Assembly: GCA_964016885.1 (NCBI GenBank)
Contig: OZ024743.1
Coordinates: forward strand, 95,418,001-95,482,000
Length of the DNA: 64,000 nucleotides
Source of the DNA: Eledone cirrhosa
Taxonomy: Eukaryota
Direction: 5' to 3'
Shown: positions 43,163 to 56,737 of the stretch, piece after piece
Layout of the letters: every line of letters starts with the position of its first letter
How positions within the stretch are numbered: the first letter of the stretch is position 1
Notes under the pieces: generated by a model
Database searches by the model: none
Seen by the model: only the letters and a program-made list of their open reading frames with translations
What the model was told of the DNA's origin: nothing
Made by a program: the position numbers and the translations under genes

Positions 43163-43345
43163 CCCCCCCTCTCTCTCTGCAAACATCACGAGCGCTCTAT
43201 CTCAAAATTATTTTTGAAAAGCATTAGAAATGCGCAACCGGTAAAAACTTAAAACTAAAACTGAATACTAACCAATACTTATTACTTATTTATACTTATT
43301 CCTAATTAAAGTATTTTTCACTGGGAAAAATTATATCACAACTCG

Positions 43346-43400
<55 letters not shown>

Positions 43401-43527
43401 TAATAATAAATTTGAAGACTAAAATCCAAAGAGGGCTCGATAAGGATAAATATATTTCAAATATATAAGAACCGTAGAGCAAATAAGGGTGAAAGCAGCG
43501 ATTCTTTGCTTAAACTTTAATCTGTTA

Positions 43528-43591
<64 letters not shown>

Positions 43592-43595
<4 letters not shown>

Positions 43596-43730
43596 AACAA
43601 GTAGGACCCCGACGGCTGAGCTGAAGCCGTTTCGACAGGAAATTCTGGACTAGTCCTATTACCCACTCTACTAAGTATTGAGTACTTTGGTGCGTTATGG
43701 TCCATCTGGTTCCTTACCATATTTCCTTCG

Positions 43731-43733
<3 letters not shown>
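43592..43733 (+). mobile_element. family A remnant (inverted arm joined directly to tail) in (TA)n
   Basis: ggaacaagtaggaccccgacgg...ctggactag then tcctattacccactc...ttcgtta. Confidence 0.88.
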
Positions 43734-43767
<34 letters not shown>

Positions 43768-44098
43768 TGTATACAATAAAAAGTTATATATTTATATATA
43801 ATCCATATATATATATATATATAAGTGTATGTGTGTGTGTGTATGTATGTGGTGGGAGTATGAAAGAGAGAGCGTGTGTGTGCGTGTATGTATGTATGTA
43901 TGTGTGTATGTATGTATGTATGTATGTGTGTATGTATGTATGTATGTATGTGTGTGTGTATGTATGTGTGTATGTATGTGGTGGGAGTATGAAAGAGAGT
44001 GTGTGTGTGTGTGTGTGTATGTATATGGTGGGAGTATGAAAGAGAGTGTGTGTGTGTGTATGTATGTATGTATGTATGTATGTGTGTGTATGTATGTA

Positions 44099-44132
<34 letters not shown>

Positions 44133-44352
44133 GTGAGGGTATGAAAGAGAGAGTGTGTATGTGTGTATGTATGTGGTGGGAGTATGAAAGAGAGTGTGTG
44201 ATTAAGAGACATAGAGGAAACCATTGAGAAATATTAAAGAGATAAATACACGTGTGTTACAAACATATATATACACAAACATGTACATACACACACACAC
44301 ATACAAACACATACACTCTCACACATACACTAATACACACACACACGCACGC

Positions 44353-44405
<53 letters not shown>

Positions 44406-44544
44406 CATACATAAATATGTACATACATAAATATACATGTTTACATACATGCATACATACATATATATATATATATACATATACGTACATACATAATATA
44501 TACATGTATACATACATACATACATACATACATACATACATACA

Positions 44545-44628
<84 letters not shown>

Positions 44629-44696
44629 CGTACATACATAAATATACATACATACATACATACATACATACATACATACATACATACATACATACA

Positions 44697-44727
<31 letters not shown>

Positions 44728-44729
44728 CT

Positions 44730-44895
44730 ATATTCAATGATATTAAATAAATGGAAACTATATTTATAAATATAGTTTCCATTTATTTAATGTCATTGAA
44801 TATTATACTCCAGAAAATCTGTCGAGTGCTCTAAATCAGATATAAACATTTTTATTTGTTGAATTACCAACAAATAGAATATCCCTTCTGCTTAC

Positions 44896-44897
<2 letters not shown>
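44730..44897 (+). mobile_element. family D hairpin+tail remnant
   Basis: near-perfect spacerless palindrome 44730-44803 plus a ~95-nt tail whose end matches 37832-37875 in reverse complement. Confidence 0.85.
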
Positions 44898-44955
<58 letters not shown>

Positions 44956-45048
44956 GTACATATATATACAAGTATACATACACAGTATACGTACATATAT
45001 ATACAAGTATACATACACAGACACGCGCGCGCGCCCACACACACGCGC

Positions 45049-45179
<131 letters not shown>

Positions 45180-45643
45180 TTAGCCACGTGTAATGATAAG
45201 ACGACGCGCTCCGTATATTGTGTGGTATAATAATAAATAATAACATTGAAATAATTAGTGCAGAAGATAAAAAAAAGCAGTGAGTATTGTTGACCAACCT
45301 GAGGGGCCCCTGGTGCTGTTGATAGCCTCTATGGTGTATATCTTTCACTGCCAACGGTGACGACCACTTTAATTCCAAATTCTTACTTTGCCTTCTAACG
45401 ATAGGAGCATGTTATAAAGTCCTCTCCAAATATAAGCTTATGCATACATACACGTGGATGCATACATTAGTACACTACTCTCTCTCTCTCTCTGCCTTCC
45501 CACTGTTCTAACTATACACACACTCGCGTACTGCCACTACACACACACACAAGCACACATCCGAATACAAAACTACGATTACACAAAAACAAATGTATGC
45601 ACTTATCAACAAATATATATATATATATATATAACCTTCCAGT

Positions 45644-45746
<103 letters not shown>

Positions 45747-45752
45747 AGCTCC

Positions 45753-45843
<91 letters not shown>

Positions 45844-45929
45844 TTGTGTGTGCATGTATTTATATATACATATTTTTATGTATATGTAATCAAGGTGTAC
45901 GCAAATGCGCACTCATAAACATACGCGTA

Positions 45930-46742
45930 AAGACACACACACTCACACACACACACACGTACACACATACATAGATACACACATACATACACACATATAT
46001 ACACATACATACATACACACATACACACATACACACATACCTACATACATACAAACATACACACACACATACATACATACATACATACCCACATACATAC
46101 ATACATACTTACATACATACATACACACATACACACATACACACACACATACACACATACATAGATACACACATACATACATACATACACATACATACAT
46201 ACACATGCATACATACATACACACACATACACACATACACACATACACATACATACATACATACACACACACATACACACATACACACACATATATATAT
46301 ATAAATACATACATACACACACACACACATACACACATACATACACACATACCCACATACATACACATACAGATACACACATACATACATACACACATAC
46401 ATACATACACACATACATACATACACATACATACATACACATATATACATACATACACGCACATACACACATACATACATACACATACATACATACATAC
46501 ACACATACATACACACATACACACACACATATATATATAAATACATACATACACACACACATACATACACACATACCCACATACATACATACATACATAT
46601 ATAGATACACACATACATACATACATACACACATACATACACACATACATACACACATACACACATATATATATACATACACACACATACACACATACAC
46701 ACACACATATATATATACATACACACACATACACACACACAT
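45930..46742. repeat. degenerate (CA)n/(CATA)n microsatellite
   Basis: direct. Confidence 0.95.
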
Positions 46743-46839
46743 ACTGAGAAATAGAGGGAGTTTGTTAATTACTTATATATAAGGTGAATGAAGTTATATG
46801 AGAAGTAAAGGTGTCGGGGAAGGAGGTGTGAGAGACATA

Positions 46840-48017
46840 GGGGTGATAGGGAGAGGTAGAGAGAGTGAGGGAGGGAGAAGTAGAGAGAGTGAGGGAGGGA
46901 GAGGTAGAGAGAGGGAGGGAGAGGTAGAGAGAGTGAGGAAGAGAGGGAGAGAGAGTGAGGGAGGGAGAGGTAGAGAGAGGGAGGGAGAGGTAGAGAGAGT
47001 GAGGGAGAGAGGGAGAGAGAGTGAGGGAGGGAGAGGTAGAGAGGGTGAGGGAGAGATAGAGAGAATGAGGGGGGGAGAGATAGAGAGGGTGAGGGGGGAT
47101 AGAGAGAGTGAGGGAGGGAGAGATAGAGAGGGTGAACGAGGGAGAGATAGAGAGTGTGAGAGAGGGAGAGATAGAGGGTGAGGGAGGGAGAGATAGAGAG
47201 TGGTAGGGAGGGAGAGATAGAGAGTGAGGGAGGGAGAGATAGAGAGAGAGAAAGAGTGAGAGATAGAGAGATTGAGGGAGGGAGAGATAGAGAGAATGAG
47301 GGAGGGAGAGATAGAGAGGGTGAGGGGGGGATAGAGAGAGTGATGGAGGGAGAGATAGAGAAAGAGGGAGAGATAGAGAGAGTGAAAGTGGGAGAGATAG
47401 AGGGTGAGGGAGGGAGAAATAGAGAGAGAGAGGGAGAGATAGAGAGAGTTAACGAGGGAGAGATAGAGTGTGAGAGAGGGAGAGATAGAGAGAGTGAAGG
47501 AGGGAGAGATAGAGAGAGTGAGGGAGGGAGAGATAGAGATAGTGAGGGAGGGAGAGATAGAGAGTGTGAAAGAAGGAGAGAGAGAGAGAAAGAAAGAGTG
47601 AGAGATAGAGAGATTGAGGGAGGGAGAGATAGAGAGAATGAGGGAGGGAGAGAGAGAGGGTGAGGGGGATAGAGAGAGTGAGGGAGGGAGAGATAGAGAG
47701 AGAAAGAGGGAGAGATAGAGAGAGTGAAAGAGGGAAATACAGAGGGTGAGGGAGGGAGAGATAGAGAGAAAGAAAGACGGAGAGATAGAGTGAGGGAGGG
47801 AGTGATAGAGAGAGTGAGGGAGGCAGAGATAGAGAGGGTGAACGAGGGAGAGATAGACTGTGTGAGGGAGGGAGAGATAGAGAGTGTGAAAAGGGAGATA
47901 TAGACAGGGTGAACGAGGGAGAGATAGAGAGAGTGAAAGAGGGAGAGATAGAGAGTGTGAGTGTGAGGGAGTGAGTGATAGAGAGAGTGAGGAAGGGAGA
48001 GATAGAGAGAGTGAAAG
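46840..48017. repeat. purine-rich GA/GGGA/GATA low-complexity array
   Basis: recurring gagggagggagagatagaga. Confidence 0.95.
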
Positions 48018-48629
48018 AGTTCTCAGGGAGATTCAGTCTAACACAGTGTGACTAGATTGGCTCCATTGAATCACAGGTACAGTCTAGTTCTCAGGGAGAT
48101 TCAGTGTAACACAATGTGACAAGATTGGCCACATTGAATCACAGGTACAGTCTAGTTGTCAGGGAGATTCAGTATAACACAGTGTGTGACAAGATTGGAG
48201 CTATTGAATCACAGGTACAGTCTAGTTGTCAGGGAGATTCAGTGTAACACAGTGTGACAAGATTGACCCGATTGTATCACAGGTACAGTCTAGTTCTCAG
48301 GGAGATTCAGTGTAACACAGTGTCACAAGATAGGCCGCCATTGAATCACAGGTACAGTCTAGTTCTCAGGGAGATACAGTATAACACAGTGTGTGACAAG
48401 ATTGGCCCTTTGAATCACAGGTACAGTCTAGTTCTCAGGGAGATTCAGTGTAACACAGTGTGTGACAAGATTGGCCCTTTGAATCAGAGGTACAGTCTAG
48501 TTCTCAGGGAGATTCAGTATAACACAGTGTGTGACAAGATTGGCCCTTTGAAACACAGGTACAGTCTAGTTCTCAGGGAGATTCAGTGTAACACAGTGTG
48601 ACAAGATTGGCCCCATTGAATTACAGGTG
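48018..48629 (-). repeat. 68-70-bp minisatellite (9 units) derived from an internal SINE S2 segment
   Basis: agttctcagggagattcagtgtaacacagtgtgacaagattggccc...tcacaggtacagtct x9, running directly into the SINE head. Confidence 0.9.
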
Positions 48630-48765
48630 CATCTCATGTTTTCCAGCTGAGTGGACTGAAACAAGGTGAAATAACGTGTTGTACACAGCCTACGTCAGGT
48701 ATCGAACTGACGGCCCTCGGATGTTGAGCCGAATACCTTTACTACTAAGCCACATGACTCTCACA
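48630..48765 (-). mobile_element. SINE S2 head
   Basis: revcomp tgtgagagtcatgtggcttagtagtaaagg...agttcgatacc. Confidence 0.75.
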
Positions 48766-48775
48766 TTGAAGGACT

Positions 48776-49391
48776 GGGTGACAGAGTGACAGAGTGATAG
48801 ATAGAGTGAGTGACAGAGTGATAGATAGAGTTGATGACAGAGTGACAGAGTGATAGTTAGAGTGAGTGAGTGACAGAGTGATAGAGTGACAGAGTGACAG
48901 AGTGATAGATAGAGTGAGTGACAGAGTGATAGAGTGACAGAGTGACAGAGTGACAGAATGATAGAGTGACATAGTGACAGAGTGATAGAGTGACAGAGTG
49001 ATAGAGTGACAGAGTGATAGTTAGAGTGATAGTGTGACAGAATGATAGAGTGACAGAGTGACAGAGTGACAGAGTGACAGAGTGACAGAGTGATAGAGTG
49101 ACAGAGTGATAGAGTGATAGAGTGATAGAGTGACAGAGTGACAGAGTGATAGATAGAGTCAGCGAGTGATAGAGTGATAGAGTGACAGAGTGACAGAGTG
49201 ACAGAGTGACAGAGTGGCAAAGTGATAGTGTGACAGAGTGACAGATAGAGAGAGTGACAGAGTGAGAGAGTCACAGAGTAATAGATAGAGAGAGTGACAG
49301 AGTGATAGAGTGACAGATAGAGAGAGTGACAGAGTGAGAGAGTGACAGAGTGACAGACAGAGAGAGTGACAGAGTGACAGACAGAGAGAGT
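48776..49391. repeat. 8-bp (GACAGAGT/GATAGAGT)n array
   Basis: direct. Confidence 0.95.
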
Positions 49392-49489
49392 GTGAAATGT
49401 TTGTATCTGGAGTTTACAAATATCGCTATTTTTCAATATATTCTCTTTAATTTCTCAATCACTTCTCGTTGTCTGACTACTACATACCT

Positions 49490-50224
49490 TGCGTGTGTGT
49501 ACGTGTATGTGTATGTACGTGTATGTGTGTGTATGGGTGTGTGTGTACGTTTGTATGTGTGTACGTGTGTGTGTACGTGTGTGTGTGTGTACGTGTGTGT
49601 GTGTGTAAATGTATGTGTGTGTGTATTTGTGTGTGTGTGTACATGTACGTGTGGACGTGTGTGTGTGTGTACGTGTATGTGTGTGTGTACGTGTATATGT
49701 GTGTGTATGTGTGTGTGTGTGTGTATTTGTGTGTGTGTGTACATGTACGTGTGACCGCGTGTGTGTGTATGTGTGTACGTGTGTGTGTGTGTACGTGTAT
49801 GTATGTGTGTGTGTATGTGTGTGTGTGTGTATTTGTGTGTGTGTACATGTACGTGTGAACGTGTGTGTGTGTGCGTGTGTGTGTGTGTGTACGTGTGTGT
49901 GTGTGTGTGTGTGTATTTGTGTGCGCGTCAATACTTACGTATATGCGTATGTGTTTATGTGTTTCTATATGAATGTGTCTGGGTTCTGTGAATGAAACTA
50001 TATCTCAGGTCTGTCTGTGTGTGTGTGTGTGTGACGGAGGGAGGGAATGTGTGTGTCATATGTGTCGTCTGTGTGTCATGTGTGTGTGTGTGTCTGTGTG
50101 TGTGTGTCTGTGTGACGGAGGGAGGGAATGTGTGTGTCATATGTGTCGTCTGTGTGTCATGTGTGTGTGTGTGTGTGTGTGACGGAGGGAGGGAATGTGT
50201 GTGTCATATGTGTCATCTGTGTGT

Positions 50225-50262
<38 letters not shown>

Positions 50263-50663
50263 TGTGTGACGGAGGGAGGGAATGTGTGTGTCATATGTGT
50301 CGTCTGTGTGTCATGTGTGTGTGTGTGTGTGTGCGTGTGAGGGAGGGAGGGAGTGTGTGCGTGTGCGAGGGATGGTGGGAGTGTGTGTGTGTGTGTCATA
50401 TGTGTCGTGCGTGTGTCATGTGTGTGTGTGAGGGAGGGAGTGTGTTAGTGTGTCGTATGTGTCAGTGAGTGAGTGTGAGTCCGTTTGTATGTGTTTGTAT
50501 GTTTCTGTGTGTGCCTCAATATATATGTGTGTATGTACATTAGTGTGCGTATGTGTTTGTGTGTGTATGTGTGTATGTGTATATGTGTGTATGTGTGTAT
50601 ATGTGTATGTGTGTATGTGTGTGCCTTTCTCTCAATATCAACACGTGCCAGCGAGCCTATGCC

Positions 50664-50696
<33 letters not shown>

Positions 50697-51066
50697 GTGT
50701 ATATGTGTGTATGTGTGTATGTGTGTGTGTGTATGTATGTGTGTATGTGTGTGTATGTGTGTGTATATGTGTGTGCATATGTGTGAGTATGTGTGTGTAT
50801 ATGTGTGTGTATGTGTGTGTGTATGAGTATGTGTGTGTGTGTGAGTATGTGTGTGTGTGAGTATATATGTGTGTATGTGTGTGTGTATGTGTGTATATGT
50901 TTATGTGTGTGTGTGTGTTAGAGTATGTGTGTGTGTGTGAGTATGTCTGTATGTATGTGTGTGTATGTATATATATGTATGTATGTGTATGTATGTGTGT
51001 GTATGTATATATATATATGTGTGTGTGTGTATGTGTGTATATATATATATATGTGTGTGTGTGTGT
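49490..51066. repeat. degenerate (GT)n region including four ~65-80-bp units gtgacggagggagggaatgtgtgtgtcatatgtgtc
   Basis: direct. Confidence 0.9.
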
Positions 51067-51397
51067 AAAAAAATAAAGACTCAATTAATTTCTTCTTAGA
51101 GAGAAAAAGTGAAAATGTAGTAATTGTTGTCTTTATAACACGTGTTTCACTATTAGGTGTGTGTACCTAATAGGTGTGTTTGCGTGAGGTCTCTGTGTGT
51201 GTGGAGTGTGTGCTTATATGTGTGTGTATGTGTTGGTGTTTGCATTTCTGTGTATGTGTTGGTGTTTGCATTTCTGTGTATGTGTGATTGTGTTGATGAT
51301 TGTATGTGTGTGTGTTTACATTTGTACGTCTGGCTGCGTTCATGTTTATATGCATGTATATAATTAAATAAGTATGTATGTATGTATGTATATATAT

Positions 51398-52005
51398 GTC
51401 AGGTCACCAGTTGGTGCTACTGGTAACATGTATCCCAGTACAACCTGTCTCATGGTCGGGTCGTTGGCGACTAAACTGGCAACCCCACCAACGTTTCTTG
51501 GTGAGGAGGGTGACTTTGGACATCCTGCGGGACTAAAAACAAAACCTGTCAAAGGGCAAAGGAGCTCTTAAGAGTCAATGGCCATCCAAAATCACCGGGA
51601 GAGATGACCCCTTAGCCTTTGTCAAGGCAGAATTCTAGGAGAAGGAAAACTCTGATATAACACCTGCAAATCTGATGGTATCCAATGATGTTGACTTGTT
51701 CTTCTTTTTGGTAAATATCATCTTGGTTAAGAGAGTGGGACTGGCTTTGTGCAGTGCCTTTACTCACTATAAAAGCTTCACGGCACAGGCATTGCTTTAT
51801 ATCTGGAGATCTCTCTGCACTTGTCGTCACATGGTACCATGGGCCCAGCACTATGTGTCAATAATTGTCACAAGTGTAGTGTTTGTACCAGAGTTTTCAA
51901 GTCGCTGGCTGGACTAAAAAGTCACACTTGTTTAGCGCATCGGTAAGGGTTCTCCTACATGGATATAAAGTAGTGGCCGTACTCGAAAACGAGTTGGCAG
52001 CCACC
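51398..52005 (+). mobile_element. family E copy 2
   Basis: reverse complement of 21611-22216, (TATG)n on both sides. Confidence 0.9.
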
Positions 52006-52029
52006 ATATATGTATGTATGTATGTATGT

Positions 52030-52510
52030 TCTTCTGGTTTTATAATTTCACAAAGTTTTACCAATAGAGAGAGAGTCGGTTTCTAACATAGACAAGACTC
52101 TCTCATTGGAATTTACACAACATCAACTAGGTAGATATGTATGTATGCATGCATGTGTAGATATGGATGTTATTGTATGTGTGAATGTGTATGTTTTGAG
52201 TTGTATGTGTGCATATGTATATGCTTTGTATCTGTACATGTGTATATGCAGTTATTAGATGCAAATTTTTTGGAATGTTTTACATATTTTTACTGTTCCA
52301 TTAATGGATTGTACTTGTAGTTTCCTAACTAGTTGTGTTCTTTCTGTTCCTGTGAAGCCTAGCTTCTCAAGATTTGTATTGAGGCAGTTACTAACATATC
52401 CCAGTGCATAACACAGGCATAAATCTGAAGGTGTAATCAGGGTGGAGTATCTGCAGATTTCTCATCAGTTCTGCATAAATATTCTCCTTTCACTAATCTT
52501 TGATATTATA
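52030..52510 (-). mobile_element. degraded 3' fragment of a second RLE (R4-like) lineage, ending in (CATA)n
   Basis: ENIYAELMRNLQILHPDYTFRFMPV..ALGYVSNCL..LGF..LQVQSINGTVKICKTF, homologous to the 53270-53635 protein. Confidence 0.8.
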
Positions 52511-52562
52511 AATATGTATGTATATATATATACGCCTGTATGCATGTATATAATTAAGTAAG

Positions 52563-52596
<34 letters not shown>

Positions 52597-52629
52597 TGTA
52601 TGTATGTATGTATGTATGTATGTATATAA

Positions 52630-53067
52630 TTAAGAGTCAATGGCCATCCAAAATCACCGGGAGAGATGACCCCTTAGCCTTTGTCAAGGAAGAATTCTAG
52701 GAGAAGGAAAACTCTGATATAACACCTGCAACCCTAATGGTATCCAATGATGTTGACTTGTTCTTCTTTTTGGTAAATATCATCTTGGTTAAGAGACTGG
52801 GACTGGCTTTGTGCAGTGCCTTTGCTCACTATAAAAGCTTCACGGCACAGGCATTGCTTTATATCTGGAGATCTCTCTGCACTTGTCATCACATGGTTCC
52901 ATGGGCCCAGCACTATGTGTCAATAATTGTCATAAGTGTAGTGTTTGTACCAGAGTTTTCAAGTCGCTGGCTTGACTAAAAAGTGACACTCGTTCAGCGC
53001 ATCGCTGGGGGTTCTCCTACATGGATATAAAGTAGTGGCCGTACTCGAAAATGACTTGGCAGCCACC
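52630..53067 (+). mobile_element. family E copy 3 (5'-truncated)
   Basis: identity to copy 2. Confidence 0.9.
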
Positions 53068-53108
53068 ATGTATATATATGCATGTATGCATGTATATAAT
53101 TAAGTAAG

Positions 53109-53142
<34 letters not shown>

Positions 53143-53187
53143 TGTATGTATGTATGTATGTATGTATGTATGTATGTATGTATGTAT

Positions 53188-53636
53188 GTTTTCTCTTTCT
53201 CTTAATTTCGAGTATATTTTTTTGACCGGCCACCTTCCTGGTGGCAAGGTTGTAAAAGAAAAGAAATTGTCATCCCTTGAATCGCAAGAATGTTTTGCAA
53301 ATTTTGAAGGTGCCAGTTATCGCAGCCATTTGTAGACTATGAATTAGGGAGCTGCGCTTTTTGTCCGCAAATCCAAGTTCAGTCATACTTTGGTCCACGC
53401 GGGTTGGTATATAACCCGTAGCACCAATAATGATGGGTATGAAGCTAAAGGTGTATCTTGGATACTGGATTTGTAAACTCCTCATCAATGGTCCGTAGAT
53501 GTCCTGCTTCTCCTGTATTTTTCTGACAACGTTTACATCAAGTGGGCAGCTGATCTCCACAACAGAACACGTTTTCAATGTGTGGTCCCAAACTACAATA
53601 TCAGGCCGGTTGTGCTTTAATTTGGTGGCAGTTTTG
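53188..53636 (-). mobile_element. 5'-truncated RLE non-LTR element (endonuclease C-terminus + 3'UTR) between (CATA)n tracts
   Basis: KLKHNRPDIVVWD..CSVVEISCPLD..EKQDIYGPL..IPIIIGATG..GTFKICKTFL, PD-(D/E)xK RLE signature, uninterrupted to stop at 53270. Confidence 0.9.
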
Positions 53637-53712
53637 TATGTATGTATGTATGTATGTATGTATGTATGTATGTATGTATGTATGTATGTATGAATGTATG
53701 TATGTATGTATG

Positions 53713-54050
53713 TCTCCCGGTTATTTTGGATGGCCATTGACTCAAGGCAGAATTCTAGGAGAAGGAAAACTCTGATATAACACCTGCAACCGTGATGGTA
53801 TCCAATGATGTTGACTTGTTCTTCACGGTACAGGCATTGCTTTATATATGGAGATCTCTCTGCATTTGTTGTCACATGGTACCATGGGCCCGGCACTATG
53901 TGTCAATAATTGTCACAAGTATAGTGTTTGTACCAGAGTTTTCAAGTCGCTGGCTGGACTAAAAAGTCACACTCGTTCAGCGCATCGGTAGGGGTTCTCC
54001 TACATGGATATAAAGTAGTGGCCGTACTCGAAAACGAGTTGGCAGCCACC
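53713..54050 (+). mobile_element. family E copy 4 (5' inversion, internal deletion)
   Basis: 53713-53743 is an inverted piece of the element. Confidence 0.85.
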
Positions 54051-54288
54051 AGGCATGTATATAATTAAGTAAGTATATATGTATGTTTGTATGTATATAT
54101 GTATATATAAGCATGTATGCATGTATATAATTAAGTAAGTATATATGTATGTATGAATATATGTATATATATGCATGTATGCATGTATGTATGTATATAT
54201 ATGTATGTATGCATGTATGTATCTATGGGTGTGTTTTTACGTTTGCAAGTGTCAGTTTCCTAGGTTATATATATGCATGCATGTAGTA

Positions 54289-54341
<53 letters not shown>

Positions 54342-54380
54342 ATAGAGAAATTAATGTGAGCAAGAAGCCAACAGTATTTC

Positions 54381-54415
<35 letters not shown>

Positions 54416-54417
<2 letters not shown>

Positions 54418-55636
54418 CGTTTCTGAATTTGTTTAGCAAGATTCTTTATCTGAAAACGTGTGTTGAAACCGATATTGTTATGTTTTGGGAGGGTCATGTT
54501 GCTAATAAAAAACACACCCACCATGGCTTTCACTCCAATTTATTATAAATTAAATTTATAAATTTAAGAATTTATAAATTTCCGGTTGGTTGGTTGGTTC
54601 CATACCGGACGGTTGTTTATATATTGTCAAAGTTGTTTCGACACACATTATGTGACCTCTTCAGTGACTGGGGATTCTTTTCTTTGTTTTTGTGCCTCTC
54701 CTTTGTTCTGTCCTACGCCATCTTGTTTTTGTGTGTGTTGCGTGCTTAGTTTGCGCATGTGTTACATCCGGGTACATGTGTGTGTTTATATTTGTTTATT
54801 TATTTGTTTATTTACATGTTACTGGTTGGTTGTTTGTTCTATGTGTGTGTGTGTTTTCATTTTGTCCTTAATTCTAAGTTGTGATGTTGCTATTCCATTC
54901 ATGTTTTCTATTTAATTTTGGTTGGAGTTCATTTATGTTTATTGCCTCTGTGATTTGTCTAAACATTGCGTCTTTTCTGTGTGTAGATTCTATTTTTATT
55001 TCTATGTTCTCTAATTTGCCCTTATGTTCTATTTTAGCATGTTGGTGGAGTATTGATGATATAAAAATAAATAAATAAATAAATAAAATACAATATGAGG
55101 GCAAATTATAGAACATAGAAATAAAAATAGAATCTACACACAGAAAAGACGCAATGTTTAGACAAATCACAGAGGCAATAAACATGAACTCCAACCAAAA
55201 TTAAATAGAAAACATGAATGGAATAGCAACATCACAACTTACAATTAAGGAGAAAATGAAAACACACACACACACATAGAACAAACAACCAACCAGTAAC
55301 ATGTAAATAAACAAATAAATAAACAAATATAAACACACACAGATACCCGGATGTAACACATGCGCAAACTAGGCACGCAACACACAACAATAAGATGGCG
55401 TAGGAGTGAACAAAGGAGAGTTACAAAAACAAATAAAAGAATCCCCAGTCACTGAAGAGTTCACAGAATGTGTGACGAAAGTACTTTGACAATATATGAA
55501 CAACCGTCCGATTGTGGAATCAACCAACCAACCGGAAATTTATAAATTCTTAAATTTATAAATTTAATTTATAATAAATTGGAGTGAAAGCAGGGTGCGT
55601 GTGTTTCTTATTAACAACATGACCCTCCCAAAGCAT

Positions 55637-55644
<8 letters not shown>
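54416..55644. mobile_element. family C: 1.2-kb head-to-head Penelope-like palindrome with GIY-YIG C-terminus, hammerheads and one-sided tail
   Basis: arms ~54472-55028/55092-55644; IESTHRKDAMFRQITEAININELQPKLNRKHEWN; (TA)n flanks. Confidence 0.9.
55448..55490 (+). ncRNA. minimal type I hammerhead ribozyme, intact core (mirror 54626-54668, minus)
   Basis: gtca-CTGAAGA-gttcaca gaatg tgtgac-GAAA-gtac-tt-tgac; palindromic stem III AGTACT. Confidence 0.75.
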
Positions 55645-55668
<24 letters not shown>

Positions 55669-55700
55669 TAATAATCATATTTATACATATATATATATAC

Positions 55701-55764
<64 letters not shown>

Positions 55765-55786
55765 GTATATATATATGTGTGTATAA

Positions 55787-55817
<31 letters not shown>

Positions 55818-55917
55818 CATATATATATATGTGTGTGTGTGAAGGCATGTTTGATATTTGTATGTATGTGGGTGTATGTGTTGATGGTATTATAATTCTG
55901 TGTATGTAGTTACAATA

Positions 55918-56040
55918 CTTGTTTCTACTTTTGGCACAAGGCCAGCAATTACACCAGTGCATTACTGGTACTTTATTTTATCGACCCCGTAAGGATGAAA
56001 GACAAAGTTAACCTCGGCGGGATGTGAACTCAGTCCGTAA
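55918..56040 (-). mobile_element. SINE S1 3' part
   Basis: reverse complement of the S1 body and tail. Confidence 0.85.
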
Positions 56041-56135
56041 TAATTGTGAGTATGTGTATATATATATAGTTCTGCGTGTGAGTATTTACGTATGCGTTTT
56101 GTATGTGTGTGTACATGTATATTTATGTGTGTACG

Positions 56136-56220
<85 letters not shown>

Positions 56221-56227
56221 TACATGT

Positions 56228-56737
56228 CAGTTTAGTCGCCAACGACTAAGGTTTCTTGTTGAGGAGGGTGACTTTGGACATCCTGCAGGACTAAAAACAA
56301 AACCTGTCAATGGCCATCCAAAATCACCGGTAGAGATGACCCCATAGCCTTTGTCAAGGCAGAATTCTAGGAGAAGGAAAACTCTGATATAACACCTGCA
56401 ACCCTGATGGTATCCAATGATGTTGACTTGTTCTTCTTTTTGGTAAATATCATCTTGGTTAAGAGAGTGGGACTGGCTTTGTGCAGTGCCTTTGTTCACT
56501 ATAAAAGCTTAACGGCACAGGCATTGCTTTACATCTGGAGATCTCTCTGCACTTGTCGTCACATGGTACCATGGGCCCAACACTATGTGTCAATAATTGT
56601 CACAATTATAGTGTTTGTACCAGAGTTTTCAAGTCGCAGGCTGGACTAAAAAGTGACACTCGTTCAGCGCATCGGTAGGGGTTCTCCTACATGGATATAA
56701 AGTAGTGGCCGTACTCGAAAACGAGTTGGCAGCCACC
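56228..56737 (+). mobile_element. family E copy 5 (5' inversion)
   Basis: 56228-56246 inverted, rest colinear with copy 2. Confidence 0.88.

Noticed and set aside
48018-48629. CRISPR-like array with short variable segment
   Set aside because: The variable part is only point divergence of a SINE-derived unit.
53270-53896. 208-aa ORF as a single gene
   Set aside because: Chimera of family E antisense sequence, (CATA)n and an RLE fragment; only 53270-53635 is real coding sequence.
51675-56649. Repeated 80-aa 'MVSNDVDLFFFLVNII' ORFs as a small gene family
   Set aside because: They lie inside family E repeat copies and change frame between copies.
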